NCBI RefSeq assembly: GCF_018977255.1
Contig: NW_024704745.1
Location: 25,978,001-26,042,000, forward strand
Source: Callorhinchus milii
Taxonomy: Eukaryota
Reading direction: 5' to 3'
Length of the DNA: 64,000 nucleotides
Shown here: one piece after another, positions 26,154 to 38,212 of the stretch
Numbering within the stretch: position 1 is the first letter of the stretch
Layout: each line of letters starts with the position of its first letter
The notes under the pieces: generated by a model
Databases searched by the model: none
The model's input: only the letters and a program-made list of their open reading frames with translations
Told to the model about the DNA's origin: nothing
Translations under genes and position numbers: made by a program

Positions 26154-27052
26154 CAACAACAACAACAAGATTCCATTTATAGAGCGTCTTTCACATCAGG
26201 AGGATGTCCCAAGGCGCTGTACAGTTGGGTCAGGACCCGAGCAGGGGGGAAATAGTCAGGGTGAGAGGAGGGAAGGGAGGGAGCGAGGAGGGGGTAGAGA
26301 GTCGAGAGAGGAGCTGAAGGCACGTTCAAAGAGAAAGGTCTTGAGCTCGGCCTTGAAGGAGGAAAGGGAGGAGGCGGCGAAGGCACTGGGGGATAGAGTT
26401 CCAGAGCCTCGGGGCTGAGAGGCTGAAGGTCCGGCCACCGATGGTAGGGCGGTTGGGGCAGGGGATGTGGAGCAGACCGGAGCCAGAGGAACGGAGGGTA
26501 CGGGCAAGTAGATAGGGGGATAGTAGGTCAGAGAGGTAGGAGGGAGCAAGGTCGTGAATGGCCTTGTAGGTGAGGATGAGGATCTTGAATTCGATCCTCT
26601 GGGGGATGGGGAGCCAATGGAGGCGAGCGAGGGTGGGAATGATGTGGTCGCGAAGCCTGGTGCGGGACAGTACACGAGCTGCAGAGTTCTGAATGACCTG
26701 CAGCTTGTGGAGGGAGGTGCCGGGAAGGCCGGCGAGGAGAGAGTTCCCATAGTCCAGCCTTGAGGTGATAAAGGTGTGGACCAGAGTTTCAGCAGCGTGA
26801 GGGGTGAGGTAGTGCCGTAGTCTGGTGATATTCCAGAGGTGATGGAAGGCGGTGCCAGTTGTGGCGCGGATATGAGGGAGAAAGGACAGCTCAGGGTCGA
26901 ACAGAACAACGAGGTTCCTGACTGGCTTTGAGAGGTGGAGAGTGCAGCCTTAGATGCTGATGGTGTCAGCGCCTGAGGTGCGGAGGCGCTGACGCGAGCC
27001 AATCAGGAGGGCCTCAGTTTTACGCACATTAAGCTGAAGAAAGTTGTCTCAT
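26154..27052 (-). mobile_element. Young L2 LINE 3' fragment (RT C-terminus and tail)
   Basis: NFLQLNVRKTEALLIG, VRNLVVLFDPELSF and RIEFKILILTYK motifs; stem-loop and (TTG)n tail. Confidence 0.95.
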
Positions 27053-27184
27053 CTCAACATTCAGCAATGTCGAAAATAATCAGAAGATGCAGGTGAAAAA
27101 AACACACATTTCTGTGCCTATTCAGCATTGTTCAGTGATTTGAAATGTTCTCCCAACATGGATGACGCAAAATGAATATAAATT

Positions 27185-27277
27185 GCATTTACAAAGAAAC
27201 AGGTCATTCAGCCCAATCAACCTATGTTGGTGTTTATACTCCACGTGAGACTACACCCATTCCTTACTCCCTCCCAT
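27185..27277 (-). mobile_element. CR1 3' tail fragment
   Basis: AAACAGGTCATTCAGCCCAATCAACCTATGTTGGTGTTTATACTCCAC, antisense CR1-type 3' end. Confidence 0.55.
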
Positions 27278-30260
27278 AACAACAACAACAACTTGGATTT
27301 ATATAGCACCCTCCACGCCGGACGGCGTCTCAGAGTGTCTCACTGTAAGGAATCCCGGAGCCGAGCCAAGGGCAGGGGGAGGAAGGTGACCAAAGGCACG
27401 GTCGAAAAGAAAGGTCTTCAGAAAGGACCTGAAAGTAGGAAGAGAGGGGGCGAGGCGAAGTGAGTGTGGAAGGGAATTCTAGAGCCTTGGGGCATAGTGG
27501 CTGAAGGCACAGCCGCCGAGGGTGGAGCGGAGGACTCGGGGGACAAGGAGGAGGCCAGACCCGGAGGATCGAAGGCAACAGGTACTGTTTTGAGGAGAGA
27601 AGAGGTCAGAAAGGTAGGGGGGTGCAGAGGAGTGCAGGGATTTGAATACAAGGGTGAGGATCTTGAAATTGATCCTCTCTGGGATAGGCAGCCAGTGCAG
27701 TCTGGCAAGGACTGGGGTAATCGAGGAGTGGAGTTTGGTGCGGGTGAGAATGCGGGTGGCAGAGTTTTGGATGATTTGGACTTTATGGATGGTGGTGGAT
27801 GGGAGACCAGCGAGGAGGATGTTAGAGTAGTCCAGCCAAGAGGTGACAAAGGCATGAACCAGGGATTCAGTGGCTTTCGGAGAGAGGTATTTGCGGAGAC
27901 GGGCGATGTGTCAGAGGTGGAAGAAGGCGATGCTGGTGAGGGACCATATGTGGGGGTAAGATGGACAATTGGAGGTCAAACCTGACGCCAAGGTTGCGTA
28001 CGAGCTTGGAGAGTTTTAGGGGAAAGACGGGTTGGTGGAGGAGGTGAAAGCCGTGGGATTTGAGACATTGATGAGTGCCAAAGAGTATGGTTTCCGTCTT
28101 GTCAGCGTTCAGTTGAAGAAAATTTGCGCTCATCCAACCTCAGGTCTGACAGTCAGGCTGACAGAACATCAGGGGACTGGGGGTCGCAAAGAGAGGTGGA
28201 AAAATAGAGTTGGGTGTCGTCCGCGTACATGTGGAAATGTACCCCATGTCTGCGGATGACATCCCCAAGAGGGAGCATGTAGATCAGAAAGAGGAGGGGG
28301 CCAAGGATGGATCCTTGGGGTATCCCGCAGGTAACCGGGTGAGAGTGGGAGGAGAAGCCATTTGTGCAGATGTACTGCTGGCGGTTTGTGAGGTAGGACT
28401 CGAACCAGGCGAGTGCGGTCCCACTGAGGTGGATGACAGAGGAAAAGCAGTGGAGGAGGATGGCGTGGTCGACTGTCAAACGCCGCAGAGAGGTCCAGGA
28501 GAACAAGGAGGCAGAGGGAGCCCTGGTCACAGATAGAGAGGATGTTGTTTGTGACTTTCACAAGCGCAGTCTCTGTACTGTGGACAGGGTGGAAACCAGA
28601 TTGGAGGGGTTCGAAGAGGGAGTGGGAAGAGAGGTGTGCGCGAAGTTGATTGGCACCAACGAGTTCTAAGACTTTAGGGAGCGGAGATGGTTGTTGTACC
28701 AGGGGGATCGGGTGGGATTGGAGATGGTCCTGGAATTCAGGGGAACGAGGGAGTTGAAGGTGGAGGAGAGGAGATCGTGGAGCAGCTGGACGGCTGCTTC
28801 AAGATCTCTGCGGGTGGAAGGCAGAGGGATAAGATGTTTGATGAAGTGAGGGCCTTTGTGAGGGTCTCAGGGGGAAGCGCTTTTTCCAAGGGCGGTAGAG
28901 GATGGTTGAAGCATTGGTGGAGGAGAGAGGGATGTGAGAGAAGGAGATGAGGAAGTGGTCCGAGATGGCCTTGTCCACTATGCTGAGGTCGGAAATGTCA
29001 AGGCCGTGGGTGATAACAACATCAAGGGCATGATTGTGGTTGTGGGTAGGTGAATGTATGTGAAGGGTGAGGTTTAGGGAGGAGAGGAGGGCCGTGAAGT
29101 CGGCAGAAGTAGTGCAAGGGGAGTTTAGGTGGAGATTGAAATCGCCCATTATGAGCAGGCGCTCGGAGCAGAGGGACAGGGAAGACAGGAGAGTGGAGAT
29201 GCCTGTGAGGAAAGAGCCGGGTGGTCTTAGGGGGACACTAGACGAGGAGGATTTTCAATGGGAGAGAGGGGTGGAAGAGGGTAAGGACCTCAAAGGAGGG
29301 ACACAGCCAGAGGAGTAGGGGGTGAGACCAAGGGAGGTTTTGGCAATGAAGGGCCCCGCCCGCCACGTTGGTTTGGACGGGGGTGTGGTGGAAGATGTAG
29401 CCTGGAGGGAAGGCTTCCACTAGGGGGATGGGGTCTTTAGGGAAGAGCCAGGTTTCGGTGAGCCCAAGAATGTCAAGGTGCTCATCGAGGATGAGGTCGT
29501 GGATGGTGAGGGCTTTGTTTGTGAGGGAACGGACATTTTGGAGGGAAATGAGGGTGGGTTTGCTGGAGGGAGGAGAGGGAGGAGAGAGTGATGCGGAGAG
29601 GACTTTTGGGTGTATGGGAGAGATGGTTGTGAAGAGTGGTGTGAGTGGAGAGTTGGGGAGGATACGTATGAGGGAGGGGTAAGTAGGATTTGCATTAAGG
29701 AGGTGGTTTAAGTGGGGGGAGTGAATGATTGGACACTTGGGGTTGCTGCTCTGGGACAGCCTGTGCCAGGAGCCACGTTGGGCCCGGTGGAAGATGCCCG
29801 GGCTGGAGCAGAGGGAAGTGGTGATGGGGTCGAGGAGAGAGAGAAGGCGGGGAGGGCGGTGGGAGAGAAGGACAGAGGGGGAGTAGCAGATAGAGGGTGG
29901 TGGGAGGAGAGACGTAGAGGGGGGTAGGAGGAGAGACATTTGGAGTGGAGGGGGAGGCTCGGGTCGGGGTGGCAGCCAAAACGCACACGCAGAGACCAAG
30001 AGCGAGCGATCAGCGGAACGGCATCAGCCCTCAGGCTCAGCCTCCTGTTGTTCTTGCTCGTTTTTAAAAAAAGATTTTTTTTAATTACGACGTCACATCA
30101 ACGTCACTTTGTGAATCTCACCACCCTGTCACTTCCCCCCCACCGTCACCCTGCACTCTCCTACCTCTGCTCCCAATTGAATGGCTCCTCACCTGGCTGT
30201 GCTTTTATATACAGCCAGGCCTCGGCTCCGCCCCGAGCTCTCCTACCTCCACTCCTGAGA
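27278..30260 (-). mobile_element. Near full-length L2 LINE (APE endonuclease + RT), frameshifted, with internal deletion
   Basis: EN: LQNVRSLTNK, ILGLTETWL, MGDFNLH, HALDVV, AISDHF. RT: [42 protein letters not shown]. Also a variant stem-loop with (TTG)n tail and a GC-rich 5' leader. Confidence 0.95.
30156..30249 (-). promoter_or_regulatory. Putative Pol II promoter module at the L2 5' end (GC box + TATA)
   Basis: Minus strand GGGGCGGAG (30226-30234) lies about 15 nt upstream of TATATAAAAG (30202-30211), in the L2 sense orientation; two TGACGT sites follow at about 30090-30106. Confidence 0.45.
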
Positions 30261-30262
30261 CC

Positions 30263-30423
30263 CTTGTATTCTCCATTTGATATGGTGCATTATCAAATCT
30301 TTGAGATGTCTCAAAGCATTTCACAGAATATAATGTAAAGTGAATTGACTATATTGTGTGGGCGAAACGCGGCAGCCAATTGTGCACAGCAGTGTCCCAC
30401 AAACAGTCGTGGATTGAGTGACC
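30263..30423 (-). mobile_element. Family A SINE 3' half
   Basis: ATTTGATATGGTGC...CACAGAATA...GGCGAAACGCGGCAGCCAATTGTGCACAGCAGTGTCCCACAAACAG. Confidence 0.85.
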
Positions 30424-31147
30424 ATGAAGTAGTTCCTCCTAAATTCCTCCTTTAGTACCCTAGTCACTATCTTATCAAATGTGCCGGAAAAAGTATTGTG
30501 TGGATGTCAGATTGAAATTGTATTTCCTCCAAAAAACTGAATTTCCTTTTTTTAAAACAAATTTTCCCGTATCAGTAATTCTTGACTCTCTCTAAAGTCC
30601 CAGTTTGACCAAGTCCAGAATACTGCTTTCATTTCTAGAGGTTGATCCAGTACCTTTGATTTAATCTTGGATAAGGTTTTAAAGAAAGGTGAAAAAAGGC
30701 TAACATGTGAATTTTTTTCCTCACATCTGGTCTCCATCCTCCCTCCGTGAATTATTCTTATCTCTTTCTATATTATCTATATTCATCAGATCATTGCACC
30801 TCTAAATCCTCTCTTCTTGCTCCTTCCAAGCATCAAATATGTCATCTCACTTATTTTTTCTTCTTTCCTGGGGCATGACTGTGTTGAAATCAAATCTTAT
30901 TGGACTGTCTCCTCTAATAACTCTTCCTGTCTCAGGATCTCAAGGCTGTAACTCTTTACTCTCCTCACTGTTACTATCATCTGGGAAGCAAGTAATCAAC
31001 ATTTCATTGGGTTGAGAGGCTTCAAAGTTTTTTGTGCCTGGCAATGAAATTTTGGAATCGAGTTGATCCTCTCTGGGTGATCCTAGTTGTGCAGTCAGGT
31101 GAGTCCACTGTACTCCAAGTCACCGTTGATGACAAACCAGCCATCCT

Positions 31148-31476
31148 GTGGAGTCCTGTAGCTCAGTGGTTAGAGCACTCGCTTTGCAAGTGAGAGACCT
31201 GAGTTCAATTCCAGGCAGGGCGAAACCTTGGGCAAGTTTCCTTACTCCACACGCCTAATAATAATCCCTCCAAAAAACCAAAAACAATAATTAAATTGGT
31301 CATTTTCAATCTACGACTGTTTGTGGGACATTGCTGTGCGCAATTGGCTGCCGCGTTCGCCCACAAATATACAGTCAATTCACTTTACAGTGTGTTCTGT
31401 GAAGCGCTTTGGGACGTCCTCCTGACGTGAAAAGCGCTATATCAAATGCAAGGATTATTATTATTATTATTATTAT
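31148..31476 (+). mobile_element. Full-length young family A SINE with target-site duplication
   Basis: A box, TGC anticodon arm, B box, Deu-like core, stem-loop 31404-31437 and (TTA)n; ATCCT(G) is present on both flanks (31143 and 31475). Confidence 0.96.
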
Positions 31477-31634
31477 CCTGACATATCAAGCAAGATTTGA
31501 AATGGTCATTGAGTCAATAGGGAAGTAATTCTTTCCACTCCGCTTCTTCTCTTCCTATTCCAAAAAAATAGGAGACTAGCAAGCTTTTTTTCGGTCAGCC
31601 AGATGTTTGATACGTGTGGAAACTCAACTCTGGG

Positions 31635-31746
31635 TTTGAGAGTATCCAAACCAGATTGAGAGTTCCGCAAATGTATGCCAACTAAACACGGGAAGTATTC
31701 CTTTGCTGGAATGAAATGTGCACTCTATCCCTGGAGGGACGCACCC
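31635..31746 (-). repeat. Unrecognised dispersed repeat, copy 1
   Basis: Reverse complement GGTGCGTCCCTCCAGGGATAGAGTGCACATTTCATTCCAG... aligns with the copies at 36515 and 41329. Confidence 0.75.
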
Positions 31747-31759
31747 TGTTTAGCTGGTT

Positions 31760-32290
31760 GCGTTCGCTGAGTTGGTTAGAGAAGGGGCACAAAGCAGGCT
31801 GTAGTTAGTGGAGCAAATGGAGTGGCTGTGGAAAAAGGGTTGCAGGAGATTAGAAAGATAACATAGTACAAGACCAAGGAAACATTTAAAGACAAGGACA
31901 GGGATCTTAAAGCTGATGCCCTTGGGATATGGAGTCAGTGGAGCTGATAAGGATGGGAGATGGATTCTCAGAGCTGGTGATGGAGAGTATACCGATTGGA
32001 TGGTCTGAAATTTGTGGAGACCAGCAAGGGAATATTTAATTGCACAGAAATTAATTAATGCTATATAATACACATTTATATAGTGCTTTGTAAATAGGGA
32101 GGATGTCTCAAACTGCTTAACAATGCTAGGTTGGTTCCCAAGCTGGGGATGGAAGCCAAGGGTGGGGAAGGGAAAGATGACTTTCATAACCAGGTGACAG
32201 TCAGTGTGGTCAGATGAAAGTTTGGTCAGAGAGACATATTTTGAGATATCTTTGAACGAGGGAAGACGGGGAGCGAGTTGGAGGGATATA
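31760..32290 (-). mobile_element. Two old L2 3' fragments (about 31760-32025 and 32060-32290)
   Basis: LAGLHKFQTIQ and ISFKIPVLVFKCFLGLVLCYLSNLLQP; the second piece has a decayed ACATTTATATAGTGC...GGGAGGATGTCTCAAA tail. Confidence 0.7.
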
Positions 32291-32294
32291 TTTC

Positions 32295-32450
32295 TTGAAT
32301 GACTGGAACAAGTTACCAGGAAGGGTGGCTAAGGCCAGAATGCTATTTAAGAAACAGCTTGATGGTGTAATGGGAGGACAGAAGGATACGTATTCTGGAA
32401 GAATAAGATCAAATAAGCCAAACTGCCTTCTTCAACGGAACCTCCCTTGC
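32295..32450 (+). mobile_element. Old CR1 3' fragment
   Basis: NDWNKLPGRVAKA..LFKKQLDGVM resembles the CR1 ORF2 C-terminus WNxLPxxVV...FKxxLD. Confidence 0.65.
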
Positions 32451-34252
32451 GCTTGTTATTTGCATTTCTCTTCTTGGGTCTGTCATCAAAATGAATTAAA
32501 AATCAAAATGCCATCCATTATTTTTATAGGTACATTGGCATTAGCTGCTGTGTGGGCTGAGGAAGCAGGTGAATTTCATAACCAGGTGACAGTCAGTGAC
32601 TGCAGCAGTCATCTTCCTTGATCAATGCATGATTCAGTAACAACAACTTGCATTTATATATCGCCCTTCATACAGGTAGCATCTTGGAGCGATTAGCTGC
32701 CACTTCAGAAAAATTTGAAACCTCATGGCCCTTGTGCAATACCTACTGAGAGACAAAGAGATATTTGAGTCATAAATTAATCAGTATATAATTCTGTCAA
32801 ATGCTCCATCAAAGAGGAAGGTTAACAGATGGAATACAGATAGCATAAGGTAAAGCCTCATATGCTGTAATACTACTTTAATGTGTATAAGGAAAATCAT
32901 CTACAATATTACATCTGACTTGTAATATAGCTGACTTCACTGTCCATTCTGTCTCAACATGGGGAATGGGTTTAGTTAGTCAAAAATGTGGCTTACAGCT
33001 TCTACAAGATGAATCAAGCAATGGATATTTTTACTCTTTTAACTACTGTATTACAAGCAATGGATTTTTTTTCTTGTGGATATGTATGGATATGTATGTT
33101 ATCAATAAAATTTGGTACGGGGAACAGTGAAGTACACATCAATACATTTGTGGGATCACCGCTACTTTTAGAATGCAATGTGATAAGACTAATCTTTTTA
33201 CACACTGGAATTGTATTCCAGGGTAAAGCTGATATGGACTGTAAAACGCTGTACAGCAAACCTTGCCATACTTGAGATTTCATTGCAAACCAACAGCAAA
33301 AATTTGCAACAGTATATTTAGGCTCAGGGCCACTTTAACAGTGAAACAAAGATACTCTAAATCTTTCCCAGAATAACTATCTCTTCACGTTGCCTGGAAA
33401 CCGTGCATTTGCATTGTGATTTACATACATGTATTGTAACATTTTTTACTCTGTGATTTGCTTCACACATTTAGAGCCCAGGAAATGCTCTCTTTCCACC
33501 TGCTCCCTGGTGATTGTAACAGAAAAGGAGGAGCTTAAGTCAGCTGTACCTGGATCAAACTACTCCAGAACTGCTCCAATAAACAGTGTAAGCAGGATAT
33601 TAATAGAGCAGAACAGTCCCTGTGGTACATTTTAATTTATTCAGATGAACGACTCATCTAAAATATTGCACTTTCAAATTAGTCAGGAAGATTCAGAAAA
33701 CAAATTTAAATTCAACCAAACAAGAATTAACATAACAATTTTAATTAAATACTGCCTATGGAACATAAAAGAGAAAAAAAAAATTCAAATAGTATTGTTT
33801 GATGCCACAAAGAAAGGATTGGGGACTTTGAAGCTGTAATGTGAGCTGGCTTCCAAAAAAAAACTAAAGAGAAATTTTGATTTTATTCATATGAAATGAT
33901 TAATTAACACTTAATTTGGGCTTTAAAAGCTCTATCAATTTTGTTATTCAAAAATCATTATGTGATGCTTCTGGCAGGCTTAAATTGAAAATTTCTGCTG
34001 GCATGCAGCTATTATAAACTAATCAAAGGGAAATTTCATAGGACTGGAATGATAATAACAATAAAGGCCATTCTCATATCCCTCTGTGACCTCAAGGGTT
34101 TTAAATGAAAATAGAAAAATAAAATTGTTTCATCTAAATGTCTACCAGAAGGGGTTAGATAAATAGTGTTTTCATCTCCATTTTGATCAGTAGAAGGAAG
34201 GATTGTACTTGGGCATATAAAGTATTATTATTTGAAAGGGCTTGAAAGGATG

Positions 34253-34450
34253 ACTGAAATAGTGGTGGAAGCCGATTTGATAACAACTTTTAAGAGTGAA
34301 GTAGATAATTATTTGGGGAGCACAAGTTTGCAGGGCTATGGGGAGAGGGCGAGGTTGTGGGATTGATTTGGATAGCTCTTTTCAAAGAGCCAGCACAGAC
34401 ACGATGGGCCGAATGGCCTCCTTCTGTGCTGTAGAATTCTATGATTCTAT
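34253..34450 (+). mobile_element. CR1 3' end
   Basis: Near-identical to 7990-8210; ends ATTCTATGATTCTAT. Confidence 0.92.
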
Positions 34451-36379
34451 TTTAACAGCTTCTGAAATGCAGCTTGCAAACTGTACGAGGATATTTTCAT
34501 ATGACTCGAAGAAAGAAATCACTTTGACATATCAATAAGCAATCAATGTAAATCAAGAGAATACTGTACACAGAAAGATCAAAGTAGAATTTGAGATATC
34601 TTGTGTCACTAATATTATTTCCTTTGCACTTTGGGATGACCTTTTGCGGAAACAAAACAAAGGAAATTCGATTGCAGTGGTTGAGAATACATGGTTCTGA
34701 TTAGCTGGACGCTGCATTTTCACCTTCTATTGAGGACAATCAGCTCTGATGGAGGATGCCGGCATGAGACACTCTACCACGTGCCATTAATACCAACCAA
34801 TCACCCCTGCATTGTGCCAGCAACAGCAGTAACAACAATGGAGTGTTCACTGCTACTGGCAAACACCACAGTGGTCAAACTGCAATCTCTTTCAGTTTTC
34901 AGCCTCATTTTTGTAGATTTCACAAAAGGCAGGGCAACGCGACCAAAGAAATATATTTATGAAGAAAATTGATCCTAAAATTGTAATAATGGTGATTCAG
35001 TATCTGTTACAAGCAAGGCTAATACAAAATGTGAAGAAAATATTACTAGGCAGCCTGCTTTCCTGCAGAGAAAATCAATGCAGCCTGAAGACAGTTAGTG
35101 ATGAAATGCACAAGACATGGATGCAAGAGCATCACTCAGCACTTCAGGTGCGCCTGGGCATTAGCTTCTTTCCTTCCCCCAACAACATCCATTTCACAAA
35201 CTTCGATATTTTACTTGTGTTAGTCACAATAGGGTCTCATGAGAGACTGCACATTAATGAGGGGGAGAAATTCAGACCTTGGGTTAAAATTTGTGATATT
35301 TCTTAATGAGATTCTTTAAAAAGGTATCCAAGTCGTGCAAATAAGGACTGATTCTAGTATCCAGAACTACAGGCAAGAGGATCATTAATTTGCAAGAGGA
35401 ATTTCCAGATCCCTTAAAATGTTAAACAACAATAGAACTGTAACCTTTAGATTTGATGTAGTACCTATTAGGGGAAAATGTCTCAAAGTACTTCATAGGC
35501 AATTGCTGTCAAGTATAGTGACTATTTTTGGAGGCAACAGACAGCAGCCAATTTGCACATGGCGTTGACCTACAAAAAGCCATATAATATATGAATGATT
35601 AACTTATCCAGAGATTTATGATCCTCTTAAAAATTATGGCAAATTAATTCCCATTGACTCCTTCCTTTCCCTGCCAACATGGGTTGTAGGTATCAGTGTT
35701 TATGATGCAGAACCCTGAGTCATTCAGGAACTCAAAATGCTACTGATAGAAATTCCTCTTCAGGGATTAGAAACCTCATACCCTTACTCCATAGTCCTTG
35801 TAGATGTCAAGTAGAATGTAGAAACAAAGATGGAGTGAAGTACTGGGATCAGTTTGATGATGAACAGAAAATGCTTCAACATCAACAATGAATGAGTGGC
35901 CAATGCCAAGGTACTCAAAGTCAGTATAAAATGTCAGAGCTTGGACATGTCATAATAAATCAACAGCTTCAAGGTGATAAAAGTATTTACAGTGCTAGTA
36001 AGAACCATTCACTAAAATTTGAATTATTCCCTTCTGAAAACACTGGCTAAAATCATGTGGATAGCACATAAGATATTTCCAGTGCTGTAGTTTGCATATT
36101 GGCTACGCAATTGAAAGCATTGACCTGATGGTCTTATCTTTTAATCCAACCACCTCTTTCAGTTCCCCTGGACATTGCATAGTAGTATTCATATTGGTTA
36201 CTTACATTATGTTCACTTGCTCTGAGAATTATGTTATATTCCTTTAGAAGATTGCTAAATGAAACAGAATGGAGCGAAAAATGCTTTGTGTCAGGTGTTA
36301 ATTATCATCAGTGTTAAAGAGCATATCACAGAAAATTGTAACCAAGCCAGCATGGATGTAACCCCCTCCCCACTGTGGC

Positions 36380-36645
36380 ACAAAGCTTTGGCCTGAGGGT
36401 TTCCATAGCTACCTTTTCATCTCAGCCTACATTGTATCAATCGATTAAATTACGGCACTACTCCAACACACATTCTGGGGTCCCCAAGCTTTGGCTCTTG
36501 CTAAAGATAAGAAAGGTGCATCTCTCCAGGGAGAGAGTGAGCATTCCATTCCAGACACAGAGAAATTTCCATGTGTAGGTGGCATATATTTGTGGCACTC
36601 AGTCTGCTTTGAATCCTCTTAAGCAGGTGATGGGTTTCTGCTTTG
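36380..36645 (+). repeat. Unrecognised dispersed repeat, copy 2
   Basis: TCCCCAAG...CTCCAGGGAGAGAGTG..CATTCCAGACACAG..AAATTTCCATGTGT...CTTAAGCAGG..ATGGGTTT shared with 41140-41460. Confidence 0.8.
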
Positions 36646-37614
36646 AGTGTCACTTCAGTTTAACTCAACCTTTATGTCTATAATTATCCTAAATTGCATT
36701 TTTCACCCCCAATATTCTTATATAAAACTGTAAAATAAATCAGGGAAAGGAATTGGAAATGTTAATGAAAAGTTAAGTATTCATGAATCAGACCTCGTAA
36801 CCTATTCCTGTTTGTGCTCTGATGTCAGTTAGTGCTTCCTTAACTTATATCCTGCATGACTACCCACATTAGCTAGTGCATTATAAAAATTTAATCAGTT
36901 TAATGCATAAAAATATTAGGATTTTTCAGCCGAATGGTTCATCATTTTATATTTTAATAATACTATTATTAAATTATGGAAAATAGCAGTCCAAAGACCT
37001 CAAACATCATTTTACTGCAGTGCATTTATTATGCTAAATAAGGTACAATTTACTAGAAAGAAAAATATGTTTTTTTTGGTTTATAGATGCAATAGACATT
37101 GTTTTGTTCATGAGATATTAAAATGTCGAGGTTAGAGGAAAAATATGAATACATTTGGTTCATGTAATATGGTATTTTGATCAATTCTGTTAAAATGAAA
37201 GTTAGATTATCAAATTCCATTAAAAGACAAAGCTATCAAATGGTGCGATGGTACTGAGATAGAAACATTAAATGGAACTACTATCAAAGGAATCTCCTAC
37301 CCATCATGCAAAGTAGCCAATAATCTGGCCAATAACATTAGGACTAGCAATAGTCCTGAGAATGGCAATGGTCACTATTATTCAATAGATTTCCACTCCA
37401 AAACTTACACACCAGTAAATAAATCACACAAGTACAAGGTTGCATTCAGTCTGCATAGCAAAATTGATTGAACAAGTTTATAGGGTTTTACTTTGTCTAT
37501 TCTTTAATAATTGTATTGGACTTCCTCAACTAATTGTGCAATGTTAGCCCACAAATAGCTATTCAGGCCCAGGTACTGTATTATTATTATAATAATGATT
37601 GTTAGTATTGCCAT

Positions 37615-38212
37615 ACAACAACAACAAATTACATTTGTACAGTATCTTTCACGTCGGGAAGACATCCAAAGGCAGTGGACATTCAGGGAATTGGACCCGA
37701 GCAAGGGGTTGAGATCAGGGAGGCTAGGGTTAGGAGGGTGTCCAAAGGCGTAGTCAAAGAGGAGGATCTTGAGACATGCTTTGAGGGATGCAAGGATGGG
37801 GGTGAGGGGAAGAGGCTGTGTGATGGAGTTCCAATGGGTGGGGGCACAGAGACAAAAGGCCTGACTGTCACTGGTGGGCCGGGCCGGCCAGGGGATGTGG
37901 AGCAGGCCGGAGCCTGCTGAGCAGAGAGCGCGGACAGGTTGACATGGGATCAACAAGTTGCAGAGGTAGGGAAGGGTAAGGCCATGGAGGGCCTTGAAAG
38001 CAAGGATGTGGATTTTGAATTCTATCCTCTGGGGAATGGGGAGCCAGCAAGGCCAGGCGCGGGTGGCGATGGTGGGGTCATGCAGCCTGGTGCGCGAGAG
38101 GACACAAGCTGCAGAGTTCTGGATGATCTGCAGCTTGTGGAGGGAAGAGTTAGGGAGACCGACAATCAGGGAGTTGGCATAGTCGAGCCAAGATGTGATA
38201 AATGCGTGCACC
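37615..38212 (-). mobile_element. L2 LINE 3' fragment
   Basis: VHAFITSWLDYANSL..LHKLQIIQNSAACVL..LPIPQRIEFKI; stem-loop and (TTG)n tail. Confidence 0.95.

Noticed and set aside
26256-27002. 248-aa Ser/Pro-rich ORF and similar overlapping ORFs at 27400-30340 and 48150-50910
   Set aside because: Alternative or antisense frames of GC-skewed L2 sequence
31150-31222. tRNA-Ala(TGC)-like cloverleaf (also at 39758, 40860 and 850)
   Set aside because: It is the head of a multi-copy SINE that continues into a Deu-like core and L2 tail; the T-stem is imperfect and no Pol III terminator follows directly
37338-37360. Small hairpin AGGACTA-GCAA-TAGTCCT (and TCCACTA/TAGTGGA at 39742-39760)
   Set aside because: 7-bp stems are expected by chance in 64 kb
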